Notes under the pieces: model-generated
What the model saw: the letters and a program-made list of their open reading frames with translations, nothing else
Told to the model about the DNA's origin: nothing
Database searches by the model: none
Made by a program: the position numbers and the translations under genes
Source: an uncultured Rhizobiaceae bacterium
Lineage (GTDB): Bacteria > Pseudomonadota > Alphaproteobacteria > UBA828
Assembly: GCA_964427515.1 (NCBI GenBank)
Contig: CAYRUX010000011.1
Location: 1 to 51,839 of the forward strand
Direction of reading: 5' to 3'
DNA length: 51,839 nt
Shown here: positions 10,103 through 19,490 of the stretch, in pieces
Numbering within the stretch: the stretch's first letter is position 1
Layout of the letters: each line of letters begins with the position of its first letter

Positions 10103-11064
10103 AGGACAATTCCATATGCTCTAGAATCTTTAACTTTCTGGTGAAACTGTAATCGTTTAAGAAATTCAATGGGATCTTTTGGCTTTACCATGGCGCCATC
10201 TATTTGATTAAGCCAGTCGTAAAGTCTAGTTAGAAGAAACCTCAACGCTGCCCCACGTGCTAACAATGGCAGGGCATAAATTTCCTCATCAGTACATGGT
10301 CGAATATTTTGGTAACTTTCTATCAAAACTTTGGCTTTTTGAATGTTAAATATGGTGCCTTCGTCAAAACACCACGCGTTCAAGCAAATAGCTAAATCGT
10401 AAGCTAGAATATCATTGCATGCAAAATAGAAATCTATTAAGCCGGACAGTTTATTGCCCTCAAAAAAGACATTATCTGGAAATAAGTCAGCATGAATTAC
10501 TCCCCTTGGCAATAAAGTGGGCCAAGCCCCAGAAACAATACCAATCTCTTTTGTGAGCTCCTCCTTCAAGCCGGAAGTCACTTTATTCGCATTATTTTTG
10601 CAATCCATAAAGAGAGTTTGCCATCCATCAACAGAAAGAGCATTGTCTCGGTTCAATTTGTAATCTTGCCCAGCCACATGCATTTGAGCTAATGCTGCTC
10701 CAAGTTGCTTGCAATGAGATAAGGTAGGTTTTACGGGAGATACACCTGAGAGAAAACTAGTAATAGCTGCGGGGCGTTTGCATAAATTTCTTAGAACGTT
10801 ACCATCAGTACCATGTATAGGTGTCGGACATGCGATTCTTTGTTTTGCAAGGTGTTCAATTAAGCTAAGAAAATAGGGAAGATCTTCGCTCGCCACCCGC
10901 TTTTCATAAAGAGTCAGAATGTAAGAACCCTTGTCAGTTAGCAGAAAAAAATTCGAATTTTCTACGCCTTCCGCAATTCCTTTAAAGGACACGGCATGGC
11001 CGATGTTGTAATCCAGAAGGAATCTTTCTAACTCATAATCTGATACTTCAGTATAAACAGCCAT
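10099..11064 (-). CDS. thrB: Homoserine kinase (ThrB, aminoglycoside-phosphotransferase-fold type)
   Basis: [16 protein letters not shown]...[14 protein letters not shown]-terminus and the [12 protein letters not shown] catalytic loop, at 321 aa. Confidence 0.9.
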   Translation of the reverse strand: MAVYTEVSDYELERFLLDYNIGHAVSFKGIAEGVENSNFFLLTDKGSYILTLYEKRVASEDLPYFLSLIEHLAKQRIACPTPIHGTDGNVLRNLCKRPAAITSFLSGVSPVKPTLSHCKQLGAALAQMHVAGQDYKLNRDNALSVDGWQTLFMDCKNNANKVTSGLKEELTKEIGIVSGAWPTLLPRGVIHADLFPDNVFFEGNKLSGLIDFYFACNDILAYDLAICLNAWCFDEGTIFNIQKAKVLIESYQNIRPCTDEEIYALPLLARGAALRFLLTRLYDWLNQIDGAMVKPKDPIEFLKRLQFHQKVKDSRAYGIVL

Positions 11065-11194
11065 TTTTCTCGGAATCTTAAGTTACTGTTTGGCTAAAAT
11101 AGCCTATAGTGCGGTTTAGAGTAAGGGGTGGAAATCTTTTTGTTTTCAAGTCATAAAGAATAGAAGGTCTTGATTACAAATTGCGGATTTTTTT

Positions 11195-11770
11195 ATGGAG
11201 TTGACTAAAGTCTACAAAAGGTTAGGCAGTAGGTATTTTAAGCATAAGTTACATCTTGTGGTAGTTTGCATCTCAACTGTTGCACTGATGTCTTGCAGTT
11301 TATTTGAGGATAAGCCTTTATGCCCCCGAATTGGATTGATGGATCAGGCGCATCAAACGATATATTATAGGTCTTCCGCTGGTCGTGATCTTACTGATGT
11401 TGCCCATGAAGTTGTAATAGAGAACTTTAACTATGAATGCGAATATGATTTTGATGGAGATGAAAGCAGTGTTGAAATTTTCCTAGATATACTGATTTCT
11501 GCTCGTCGCGGACCTGCTGCCGTTGGGAACGTAGTAAATATACCATATTTTGTTGCCGTTTTTGATTCTGATAAAAATATTCTAAGTAAAGATATTTTTA
11601 CTACAGCTATCAGGTTTTCGAAAAACGAAAATCGTTCCAAATCCGTTGAGGAGTTAGCAATGGTTATTCCTTTTAATTCTGAACAGGACATATACAAGTT
11701 TAGGACTTTTTTGGGCTTGCAATTAACTCTAGGACAGTTTGAAGATTATAAGTTTGATCGTGATCAATGA
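11195..11770 (+). CDS. Hypothetical lipoprotein
   Basis: Signal peptide with a lipobox-like ALMSC sequence (VVVCISTVALMSCSLF). I recognise no catalytic motif. Confidence 0.6.
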   Translation: MELTKVYKRLGSRYFKHKLHLVVVCISTVALMSCSLFEDKPLCPRIGLMDQAHQTIYYRSSAGRDLTDVAHEVVIENFNYECEYDFDGDESSVEIFLDILISARRGPAAVGNVVNIPYFVAVFDSDKNILSKDIFTTAIRFSKNENRSKSVEELAMVIPFNSEQDIYKFRTFLGLQLTLGQFEDYKFDRDQ

Positions 11771-11831
11771 TTTTGTTGACCAGATGGATTCTAACGTTAC
11801 ACTCTTACGTCTACGGTATACACAGGTAAAC

Positions 11832-12045
11832 CTTGCGGGAGAGATCAGTCAGATTACATCTGACGGGCACCGAAGGAGCAATTGTCCCGAAAACTCTCAG
11901 GTAAAAGGGACCGCAAGCGAATGTGACTCTGGAAAGTAGGCTTCGGGATAAGTGATTTTCCCGAAATCTCACCGAAGAGGAAAGCTGCGGGAGAGCATAA
12001 TCTGTTCTTAACCACGGTCAATCTTTCAGGTACGGAGACAGAGGG
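11832..12045 (+). promoter_or_regulatory. Tandem glycine riboswitch (two aptamers) in the gcvT leader
   Basis: Aptamer 1 is closed by P1 CTTGCGG/CCGCAAG (11832-11838 / 11911-11917) and carries GGGAGAG...CACCGAAGGAGCAA...CTCTCAGG..AAAGGGAC. Aptamer 2 carries CTCTGGAAAG...CTCACCGAAGAGGAAAG...CTTTCAGG..GGAGACAGAG. Confidence 0.9.
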
Positions 12046-12104
12046 GGCGCCGGTCAGTTCTTCGCGAATTGGGGGCCTTTTTGTGTATATGTATGGAGAT
12101 TACG

Positions 12105-13226
12105 ATGATTAAAGCGAGCAATGACCTAGAGGAGACGGGGATTACACCCCTCTACGATAGTCACGTAATCCATGGTGCTAAAATGGTTCCGTATGCTGGG
12201 GTTTTTATGCCATTAAATTATCCATCTGGGATACTCAAAGAACACATTCATACCCGTAATATGGCATCTATATTCGATGTAAGTCATATGGGACAAATTA
12301 GTATTTGGGGCGATGATATAGCAAAATCTCTAGAAAGGTTGGTGCCTGGGGACATTGTTGATTTAGCTCCGTGGGCTTTGCGTTATACTCAGTTGTTAAA
12401 TATTGAAGGTGGCATAAGTGATGATCTAATAGTTACTAATTCTGTTGACCGGATAACGTTGGTTGTAAATGCTGCTTGCAAGTATGAAGATTTAGCGATT
12501 CTGGAAGAACATCTTGGTAGTACCCATGATATTGCGATACATAAGGACAAGGCACTGATAGCCATTCAAGGTCCAGCAGCTGGATCCGTTCTTAACAGAC
12601 ATGCCCCGGCTTGCTCTAAATTAAAATTTATGATGGCAAGTACGATGACAGTTGCTGGAGTAGATGCGATTGTTTCTCGTTCTGGGTATACAGGTGAAGA
12701 TGGCTTCGAAATATCAGTTTATTCTGAATCAGTTCAACATGTTTGGGAATCTCTTGTAAGCGAACCTGAGGTATTCCCCGCTGGACTGGGGGCAAGAGAT
12801 TCCCTTAGGTTGGAGGCTGGCTTGTGTTTGTATGGGCATGATATCAATTCGACAACAACTCCAATTGAAGCTGGTCTACTATGGTCGATTAGTAAGCGTA
12901 GAAGACAAAAGGGAGGATTTATCGGTGAGGATCGAGTTCTAAGGGAAATCGAAGAGGGGCCAACTCGTCGTAGGGTTGGAATTTTACCTGAAGGAAAAGC
13001 TCCAGCGAGAGAGCATACCAAGATTATGAATCTACAAGGTGATCAAATTGGGAAAATTACCAGTGGTGGTTTCGGGCCAACTATAAATGGGCCAATCGCA
13101 ATGGGTTATGTCAAAACTGATCATTCTGCAGTTGGAACAGAGGTAATTTTAATGGTTCGGGAAAAAGAGGTAAAGGCTAGTATAGTTAAACTGCCATTTA
13201 CTGCGCATAGATACTTTTATGGTTAA
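12105..13226 (+). CDS. gcvT: Glycine cleavage system aminomethyltransferase (T protein)
   Basis: TPLYDSH...GAKMVPYAGVFMP...IFDVSHMGQI signature. I start it at ATG 12105 (GGAGA Shine-Dalgarno 5 nt upstream) rather than the track start 12069, which lies in the riboswitch expression platform. Confidence 0.93.
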   Translation: MIKASNDLEETGITPLYDSHVIHGAKMVPYAGVFMPLNYPSGILKEHIHTRNMASIFDVSHMGQISIWGDDIAKSLERLVPGDIVDLAPWALRYTQLLNIEGGISDDLIVTNSVDRITLVVNAACKYEDLAILEEHLGSTHDIAIHKDKALIAIQGPAAGSVLNRHAPACSKLKFMMASTMTVAGVDAIVSRSGYTGEDGFEISVYSESVQHVWESLVSEPEVFPAGLGARDSLRLEAGLCLYGHDINSTTTPIEAGLLWSISKRRRQKGGFIGEDRVLREIEEGPTRRRVGILPEGKAPAREHTKIMNLQGDQIGKITSGGFGPTINGPIAMGYVKTDHSAVGTEVILMVREKEVKASIVKLPFTAHRYFYG

Positions 13227-13242
13227 TAAACAGGGGTAATAT

Positions 13243-13620
13243 ATGACTAAAATTCGATTCAGTAAGGAGCACGAATGGCTGCTCGCTTCGGATGGGGTAG
13301 TTACTATAGGAATATCAGATTATGCCCAGGGACAATTAGGAGACGTTGTCTATGTCGAGTTGCCGAACATTGGCAAAAATGTAAATCAGGGTGAGCAAGG
13401 AGCAGTAGTCGAATCGGTAAAAGCAGCAAGTGAAATCTATGCACCAGTTGGGGGTGAGGTTGTTGAGGTAAACGATAAGTTAGAAGATGACCCATCGCTT
13501 GTGAATAGTGACCCCTTAGGTGAAGGGTGGTTTTTTAAGCTTAAAATTAATAATGAATCAGAGTTAGACGTGCTTATGAATGAAGATGCCTATCTAGAAT
13601 ATGTTGAGAGACTTAGTTAA
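13243..13620 (+). CDS. gcvH: Glycine cleavage system H protein
   Basis: Lipoyl-lysine motif VESVKAASEIYAPV at 125 aa. Confidence 0.95.
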   Translation: MTKIRFSKEHEWLLASDGVVTIGISDYAQGQLGDVVYVELPNIGKNVNQGEQGAVVESVKAASEIYAPVGGEVVEVNDKLEDDPSLVNSDPLGEGWFFKLKINNESELDVLMNEDAYLEYVERLS

Positions 13621-13661
13621 AGGTCTATGAGTAGTGTCAGAGTTCGAGGGGTATAGTTACA

Positions 13662-16541
13662 ATGAAAGATAAAGAAAAAAATCCTTTAGTGTCTGGAGAT
13701 AAATTTCATAGGAGGCATATTGGCCCTAGAGAGACTGATATTAAAGATATGTTGGATTATCTTGAGTTAGGTTCGTTAGAACAGTTAACCGAAAAAGCGG
13801 TTCCAAAAGCCATTCGAGCGGAGTTTCCTAAATCTGTTCTTGATGCACGAAGTGAACAGGAGGTGTTATCTGATTTATCCGATCTGGCATCACTTAACCA
13901 AATTAACAAATCAATGATTGGTATGGGTTACTACGGTACTTATACCCCACCTGTAATATTACGTAATATTCTAGAAAACCCTGGTTGGTATACCGCCTAT
14001 ACGCCTTATCAACCAGAGATTTCTCAGGGTCGACTGGAGGCACTATTGGCTTTTCAGACTATGATTATGGATCTTACAGGAATGGAAACCGCTAACGCTT
14101 CTCTTTTGGACGAAGCAACGGCGGCAGCTGAAGCAATGAGTATGAGTCATGGTGTAACAAAAAATATAGAGGATCGGTACTTCGTTTCGGATCAATGTCA
14201 TCCTCAGACAATTTCTGTACTACGCACTCGTGCGAGTGCTGTCGGTATTGAGATTGTTGTTGGTGATCACCAAAGTGCATTAATTGATGAGTCATATTTT
14301 GGTGCGTTGCTCCAGTACCCTTCAAGCAACGGAGAAGTCTATGATTATCGTGAGTTTATTAAGTCAGCTCACAAGAAAGGTTTAATTGTTACGGTAGCAG
14401 CGGATCTTCTTAGTTTAGTTTTACTTGTGCCGCCTGGAGAGTTTGGGGCAGATATTGTTGTGGGAAGTGCACAGAGGTTTGGTGTTCCAATGGGATTCGG
14501 AGGTCCTCACGCTGCGTTTTTTGCTACTCACGACAAATATAAGCGATCTATGCCTGGAAGAATAGTTGGGGTTTCAGTTGATTCCAGTGGACAAACGGCT
14601 TTGCGTCTCGCGTTACAAACTCGGGAACAACACATTCGCCGGGAGAAAGCTACAAGTAACATATGTACAGCCCAGGTATTATTGGCAGTAATTGCTGCAA
14701 TGTATGCAATATACCATGGTCCCGTTGGGTTAAGGAAAATTGCTGAAAGGGTAAATATTTTAAGTTCTATTTTTGTGGTAGGACTTAACAAAATTGGTGT
14801 CGATGTAATAACTAAAAATTGGTTTGATACTGTGACGGTCGAATGCTCTGGCGACGTTGATAAAATATTAGAGTTAGCTCTAAAACAGGGAATTAATCTC
14901 CGCAAAAACAGTAGTTCTACTATAGGCATCTCGTTTGACGAGACTACAGACCCTTCCGATATAGAAAAACTTCTTATGGTATTTTCAGGAGGTACCACGA
15001 GTGAGTGGTCTATTGAGGAATTGCAAAAGAAAGTATGCTTTGAAGTCCCTCGTCAGCTTCAACGTGAATCACCCATACTTCAGCATGCACTCTTCAATAC
15101 CCAGCATTCTGAAACACAGATGCTGCGGTATATGCGCGGGCTTGAGCTGAAAGATATAGCACTGAATCAGTCAATGATTCCTTTAGGGTCTTGCACAATG
15201 AAGTTAAATTCGACAGCAGAAATGATACCCGTAACGTGGCCAGGTTTTGCAAATATACATCCTTTTACACCATCAGAACAGGTTGTCGGTTATATGGAGA
15301 TGATTGACGGTTTGGAAAGGATGTTGTGCGAGGTAACAGGTTTTTCGGTTGTATCGCTACAGCCTAATGCTGGCAGTCAAGGTGAATATGCCGGGCTATT
15401 AGCGATAAGGGGTTTTCATAGTGCTAACGGTGAAACAGACCGGGATATATGCCTAATTCCTAACTCCGCCCATGGTACTAATCCGGCTAGTGCTGTTATG
15501 GCGGGTCTTAAGGTTATAGTAGTGGATTGTGATGAAAATGGTAATGTAGATTTATCTGATTTAAAATCTAAGGTAAGAAAATATAATTCACGCTTGGCAG
15601 CTTTGATGGTTACTTACCCTTCTACCCATGGTGTGTTCGAAGAAGCCATAGTAGATATATGTGAAATTGTACATTCTGTGGGAGGACAGGTTTATCTTGA
15701 TGGAGCGAATCTAAACGCTCTGTTGGGGGTAAGTTTGCCCGGACAATTTGGGCCGGATGTAGCTCATATGAATCTTCATAAGACGTTCTGTATTCCCCAT
15801 GGCGGTGGCGGGCCAGGTGTTGGTCCAATTGGTGCAAGAAAACATTTGGCTCCCTACCTCCCAAGTCATCCTTTGGCAGAATCGGTAGGGGTAGGCCCAG
15901 TGTCCGCAGCACCTTGGGGATCAGCAGGTATTTTACCAATTTCATGGGCCTATATTGCCATGATGGGTGCCGAAGGGTTAAAAAAGGCAACTCAGGTTGC
16001 CATACTGAATGCTAATTATATTGCAAAAAAGCTAAGCTCTCATTATCCAGTTTTGTATAAGGGGCAAAACGGGTGTGTGGCTCACGAGTGTATAATTGAT
16101 GTAAGGCCGCTGAAAGACAGTGTGGGAATATCTGTAGAAGATATAGCTAAGCGTTTGATGGATTATGGCTTTCATGCGCCAACGATGTCATTCCCGGTAA
16201 TTGGTACCCTGATGATTGAACCAACGGAAAGCGAACCTAAATCAGAAATAGATAGGTTTTGTGATGCGATGATTGCAATAAGGGGAGAAATTCATCGTAT
16301 CGAAAAGGGTGAGTGGCAAATTGATGATAATCCATTAAGTTGCGCACCTCATACTCTTTCCGAGGTTGCTGGAGATAAGTGGCAGCACAAATACACTAGA
16401 GAGGAAGCTGCATTTCCAATGACCTATTCGTCCCAGATGAAATATTGGCCCCCGGTAGCTCGTATTGATCAGGTGTACGGAGATCGGAATTTAGTATGTT
16501 CATGCCCACCCATGGACGCGTATCAAAATGCTGCAGAGTAA
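13662..16541 (+). CDS. gcvP: Glycine dehydrogenase (decarboxylating), single-chain P protein
   Basis: 959 aa with [17 protein letters not shown] and [16 protein letters not shown] (PLP lysine) motifs. Confidence 0.96.
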   Translation: MKDKEKNPLVSGDKFHRRHIGPRETDIKDMLDYLELGSLEQLTEKAVPKAIRAEFPKSVLDARSEQEVLSDLSDLASLNQINKSMIGMGYYGTYTPPVILRNILENPGWYTAYTPYQPEISQGRLEALLAFQTMIMDLTGMETANASLLDEATAAAEAMSMSHGVTKNIEDRYFVSDQCHPQTISVLRTRASAVGIEIVVGDHQSALIDESYFGALLQYPSSNGEVYDYREFIKSAHKKGLIVTVAADLLSLVLLVPPGEFGADIVVGSAQRFGVPMGFGGPHAAFFATHDKYKRSMPGRIVGVSVDSSGQTALRLALQTREQHIRREKATSNICTAQVLLAVIAAMYAIYHGPVGLRKIAERVNILSSIFVVGLNKIGVDVITKNWFDTVTVECSGDVDKILELALKQGINLRKNSSSTIGISFDETTDPSDIEKLLMVFSGGTTSEWSIEELQKKVCFEVPRQLQRESPILQHALFNTQHSETQMLRYMRGLELKDIALNQSMIPLGSCTMKLNSTAEMIPVTWPGFANIHPFTPSEQVVGYMEMIDGLERMLCEVTGFSVVSLQPNAGSQGEYAGLLAIRGFHSANGETDRDICLIPNSAHGTNPASAVMAGLKVIVVDCDENGNVDLSDLKSKVRKYNSRLAALMVTYPSTHGVFEEAIVDICEIVHSVGGQVYLDGANLNALLGVSLPGQFGPDVAHMNLHKTFCIPHGGGGPGVGPIGARKHLAPYLPSHPLAESVGVGPVSAAPWGSAGILPISWAYIAMMGAEGLKKATQVAILNANYIAKKLSSHYPVLYKGQNGCVAHECIIDVRPLKDSVGISVEDIAKRLMDYGFHAPTMSFPVIGTLMIEPTESEPKSEIDRFCDAMIAIRGEIHRIEKGEWQIDDNPLSCAPHTLSEVAGDKWQHKYTREEAAFPMTYSSQMKYWPPVARIDQVYGDRNLVCSCPPMDAYQNAAE

Positions 16542-16637
16542 CTCAACCAGAGCTATCTATCATTACTTTTTGAAATTCGACTAATTTGCTAACAGTTATT
16601 TGGTATTGATAACCTGACGTCAGTCAATGTTGGTTAT

Positions 16638-17204
16638 TTAGCCTGATCGCTTGTGCAGTTCTTGTATAGACTGCTGAATTATCGAATCAGACTTTTCGTC
16701 ATCTAAATTTTCCTGTATTAGGTTAGCTGTAGCTTTGATAGCTAGCTCAGCAGCAGTTTCACGCACTTCACGCAAAGCGTCGTTTTCTGCCTGTGCAATG
16801 CGTTGCATAGCCGCCTGTTCCCGACGTTGCATATTATCAGCAAGAGCCTTTTTAGCCTCGTTAGCGTGGCGTTCAGCCTCAATTTTTGCTTGTTCCACTA
16901 ATTTCTGAGCCTCTTCCTCAGCTTCTGATCGTTTTTGTTTGTATTCGTTTAGTACAACTTGGGCTTCTTCTCTTAGACGTTGTGCTTCATCAAGTTCAGC
17001 CCTAATTTTTTCACTTCTATTATCCAATGATTTTTTCATGGCAGCCCAAGCCTTTCGACCAAAAACTCCTGCAAAGGTTACAAAAGCTATTAGTATCCAA
17101 AAATTGGCTGACTCCGTGATTGAACTTCCAGCAATGACAAATGCAAAGGCTACTAGCAGCAACCAATTTTCGGGCACTTTAGCCATATTTTTTATTTTTG
17201 TCAT
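16638..17204 (-). CDS. atpF: F0F1 ATP synthase subunit b
   Basis: One N-terminal TM helix followed by a long charged coiled coil (RAELDEAQRLREEAQ...). It sits last in the atpI-B-E-F'-F operon. Confidence 0.88.
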   Translation of the reverse strand: MTKIKNMAKVPENWLLLVAFAFVIAGSSITESANFWILIAFVTFAGVFGRKAWAAMKKSLDNRSEKIRAELDEAQRLREEAQVVLNEYKQKRSEAEEEAQKLVEQAKIEAERHANEAKKALADNMQRREQAAMQRIAQAENDALREVRETAAELAIKATANLIQENLDDEKSDSIIQQSIQELHKRSG

Positions 17205-17209
17205 TGGCT

Positions 17210-17818
17210 CTAAGTCTTTCCATCAATGGCTGAGCTTGCAGCATCTCGACTAGGCTCTACACCAATCAATCGATGTGTTGCCGCTCGGGCTGCTTCAATC
17301 GCCACTTCTCTTACACTGTTTAAAGCTTGTTCTCTTGCTTTCTTAATTTGTGTCTCTGCTTGTGTTTGTTTCTCAGCTAATTGGGCGTCCAATAAGTTTC
17401 GTTGTTCGGCGGCCTGATCATCAAGCTCCATTTGGGTCTTTGTTAGTAATTGATGGGCTTTGGAACGGGCTTCTGATAGTGAAGTTTCATATGCCTTAAT
17501 TGCATCTTCTGCTTCTTGCTTAAGTTTTTCAGCCTGTTCTAAATCATCCGTAATTTGACGCTGACGTTGTTCTAGGACGCGACCAATACGAGGTAGAGCA
17601 AAACTCCATAGAAGAATTAAAAGAACTACAAATGTCACTACTAGCCAAAACAACTGTGTGCCATATGTTGTCATGTCGAGCTGTGGCATGCCCGGTTTTT
17701 CTTCCGCTGCAGCAAAAAGTGACCCAGGAAGGTGAGTTGCAATAATCAAACTTAGTGCACCCACAAATAAGGTACGAATATAACACTGAAATTTTTGGGA
17801 CAGTTGTGTCATTGCCAT
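17210..17818 (-). CDS. atpF2: F0F1 ATP synthase subunit b'
   Basis: GMPQLD motif, a TM helix (LFWLVVTFVVLLILLW), LPRIGRVLEQRQ, and then a coiled coil. A signal-like N-terminal extension precedes these; ATG 17689 is an alternative start. Confidence 0.85.
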   Translation of the reverse strand: MAMTQLSQKFQCYIRTLFVGALSLIIATHLPGSLFAAAEEKPGMPQLDMTTYGTQLFWLVVTFVVLLILLWSFALPRIGRVLEQRQRQITDDLEQAEKLKQEAEDAIKAYETSLSEARSKAHQLLTKTQMELDDQAAEQRNLLDAQLAEKQTQAETQIKKAREQALNSVREVAIEAARAATHRLIGVEPSRDAASSAIDGKT

Positions 17819-17880
17819 TTATCTATCCCAAATGGCATACTGGAGAGTTTTAGCATTTTTTTTGTTCTCGATTTCCAAAC

Positions 17881-17911
17881 CCGACTCGATACAAAAGTTT
17901 AGCCGAGTCGG
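17881..17911 (-). other. GC-rich hairpin in the atpE-atpF' spacer (8-bp stem CCGACTCG/CGAGTCGG, 15-nt loop)
   Basis: Read directly from the sequence. It starts 18 nt downstream of the atpE stop and lies 63 nt upstream of the b' start. Confidence 0.4.
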
Positions 17912-17928
17912 TTGTTTTTAACAAAGCC

Positions 17929-18168
17929 TCAGCTTCCAAATAAGATTATGAAGGCCATAACTAGTGCAAACAGAGCAATAGCTTCAGTGAGGGCAAATCC
18001 GAGTAAAACATTGCCAAATAATTTTGGAGCAGCTGCTGGATTCCGTCCTGCAGCAGAAACATAGTTTCCAAAAATAATTCCAATACCTACACCGGAACCC
18101 GCTACACCTATTGTAGCGAGACCACCACCAATGAGTTGTCCAAGAAGTTTTGCCGATTCAGCGTCCAT
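17929..18168 (-). CDS. atpE: F0F1 ATP synthase subunit c
   Basis: 79-aa helical hairpin proteolipid with a GRNP loop and the carboxylate in [10 protein letters not shown]. Confidence 0.95.
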   Translation of the reverse strand: MDAESAKLLGQLIGGGLATIGVAGSGVGIGIIFGNYVSAAGRNPAAAPKLFGNVLLGFALTEAIALFALVMAFIILFGS

Positions 18169-18222
18169 AGTCCTAGTTCCTCTAATTGTGTTTAATAAAT
18201 TTGTAATTTTGAGTAATTTTTC

Positions 18223-18978
18223 CTACTCATGATGTAGGTATATAGCATCCCTAATATATAAACAGGTTAATATAGCAAAAACATAAGCCTGCAGAACAGC
18301 TACCAGTAGTTCCAGGCCATAAAGCGCAATTATAAAGGCGAATGGTAGAAATCCAAAAAATCCAAGCACAAAAACGAAGCCACCAAATACGTGGAGAATA
18401 CTGTGCCCCGCCATCATATTTGCAAACAAACGTACTGCTAAACTTATTGGTCTAGCAATATAGGAGACAATTTCGATCGGTACTAATAACGGTGCCATCC
18501 ACATTGGCACCCCTGGAGGCAAAAAAAACGTTAGAAATTTATGTTTATGAATAATAATTGCTAGGATAGTGACGCCAATAAATACCACCAAAGCAAAGAT
18601 TAATGTTACTATAATATGGCTAGTAAATGTAAAACTATAGGGAATTAGACCCAGTAAATTTCCAAAAAGCAAAAATGTGAACAAGCTAAATACAAAGGGA
18701 AAGAACCGCTTTGCTGCTCGACCCCCTACTATATCGCCAAGCATATTAGCAACCAATTCATAGAGCATTTCTACCACTGATTGGAGCCGACCTGGGACTA
18801 AACGTCCCTTCCCCATTCCTAGTGTGGTCAAAACAAATATTACAGCTACTGCCACTACCATCATCAGGGAAGAATTTGTAAACGAAGCGTCGAAACCACC
18901 TAGATCAATCTCAACGTATCTCTGGATAGCGAACTGGTCTAGAGGACCATGTTGTTCTGAATGTTCTGCCGATGCCAC
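18223..18978 (-). CDS. atpB: F0F1 ATP synthase subunit a
   Basis: Polytopic membrane protein with the RPISLAVRLFANMMAGH motif carrying the essential Arg. Confidence 0.95.
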   Translation of the reverse strand: MASAEHSEQHGPLDQFAIQRYVEIDLGGFDASFTNSSLMMVVAVAVIFVLTTLGMGKGRLVPGRLQSVVEMLYELVANMLGDIVGGRAAKRFFPFVFSLFTFLLFGNLLGLIPYSFTFTSHIIVTLIFALVVFIGVTILAIIIHKHKFLTFFLPPGVPMWMAPLLVPIEIVSYIARPISLAVRLFANMMAGHSILHVFGGFVFVLGFFGFLPFAFIIALYGLELLVAVLQAYVFAILTCLYIRDAIYLHHE

Positions 18979-19003
18979 GAGCTAACTGCTCCCCCATTAA
19001 TCT

Positions 19004-19342
19004 TCATTTGCCGACGGTTGTGCCGTCTTTTGAATTGTCTCTCTTAGCGAGCTCCAAACTATATTTTTTTGCCAATCGAAAGGCGTTGCTTATACCTGCG
19101 CCAACTCCTAGAAACAGGAACACTACCAGTAACCAAGGGGTAGTCTCAAGCCAGTAATCTAAATACCAACCAATGCCTCCCCCAACCGCCAAGGTCGCTG
19201 CCATCTCGATTCCCAAATGTACTGACTGGCCGAGCCGCGTTGGCGGCATCCTTGAGCTTCCAGCAGAACCCCGATCCTGCTGAACTTGTTTGAGTCGAGA
19301 ACTTAGACCTTCAAGTGAAGGTGACTGTTTGTCATCTAGCAC
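19004..19342 (-). CDS. atpI: AtpI/AtpZ-like ATP synthase protein I
   Basis: 112-aa two-helix membrane protein immediately upstream of atpB, with a GTG start. Confidence 0.7.
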   Translation of the reverse strand: MLDDKQSPSLEGLSSRLKQVQQDRGSAGSSRMPPTRLGQSVHLGIEMAATLAVGGGIGWYLDYWLETTPWLLVVFLFLGVGAGISNAFRLAKKYSLELAKRDNSKDGTTVGK

Positions 19343-19490
19343 AAAAATTAACTCTCAAACTTAACCTACGTACGCGGTATAAACCGAAAAAGCGCCTGAA
19401 CCATAATGTTTGGTTACAGACCTGTCAACCAATTCTGCTTATGTCATAACAATCTGATATAAAAGGATAAATTATAACATACAGTGGATT

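Noticed and set aside
11739-11939. 66-aa plus-strand ORF overlapping the lipoprotein 3' end and the first riboswitch aptamer
   Set aside because: The region is fully explained by the glycine riboswitch structure. There is no Shine-Dalgarno, and the peptide is unremarkable.
12071-12082. GGGGGCC followed by a T run after the riboswitch, which looks like a terminator tail
   Set aside because: I could not find a complementary GGCCCCC arm upstream, so no terminator hairpin is supported.
14528-14998. 156-aa minus-strand ORF inside gcvP. Similar antisense ORFs occur elsewhere: 1458-1682, 3319-3597, 12734-13021, 15622-15990, 16939-17253, 19633-19911, 22660-22953, 33788-34102 and 44524-44838.
   Set aside because: Each lies wholly within a strongly supported gene on the other strand. 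The translations are low-complexity or odd in composition and carry no motif. These are typical shadow ORFs.
17689-17818. Signal-peptide-like 43-residue N-terminal extension on ATP synthase b'
   Set aside because: Comparable N-terminal extensions are commonly annotated on alphaproteobacterial b' subunits. It may also reflect start-codon choice (ATG 17689). Not novel.
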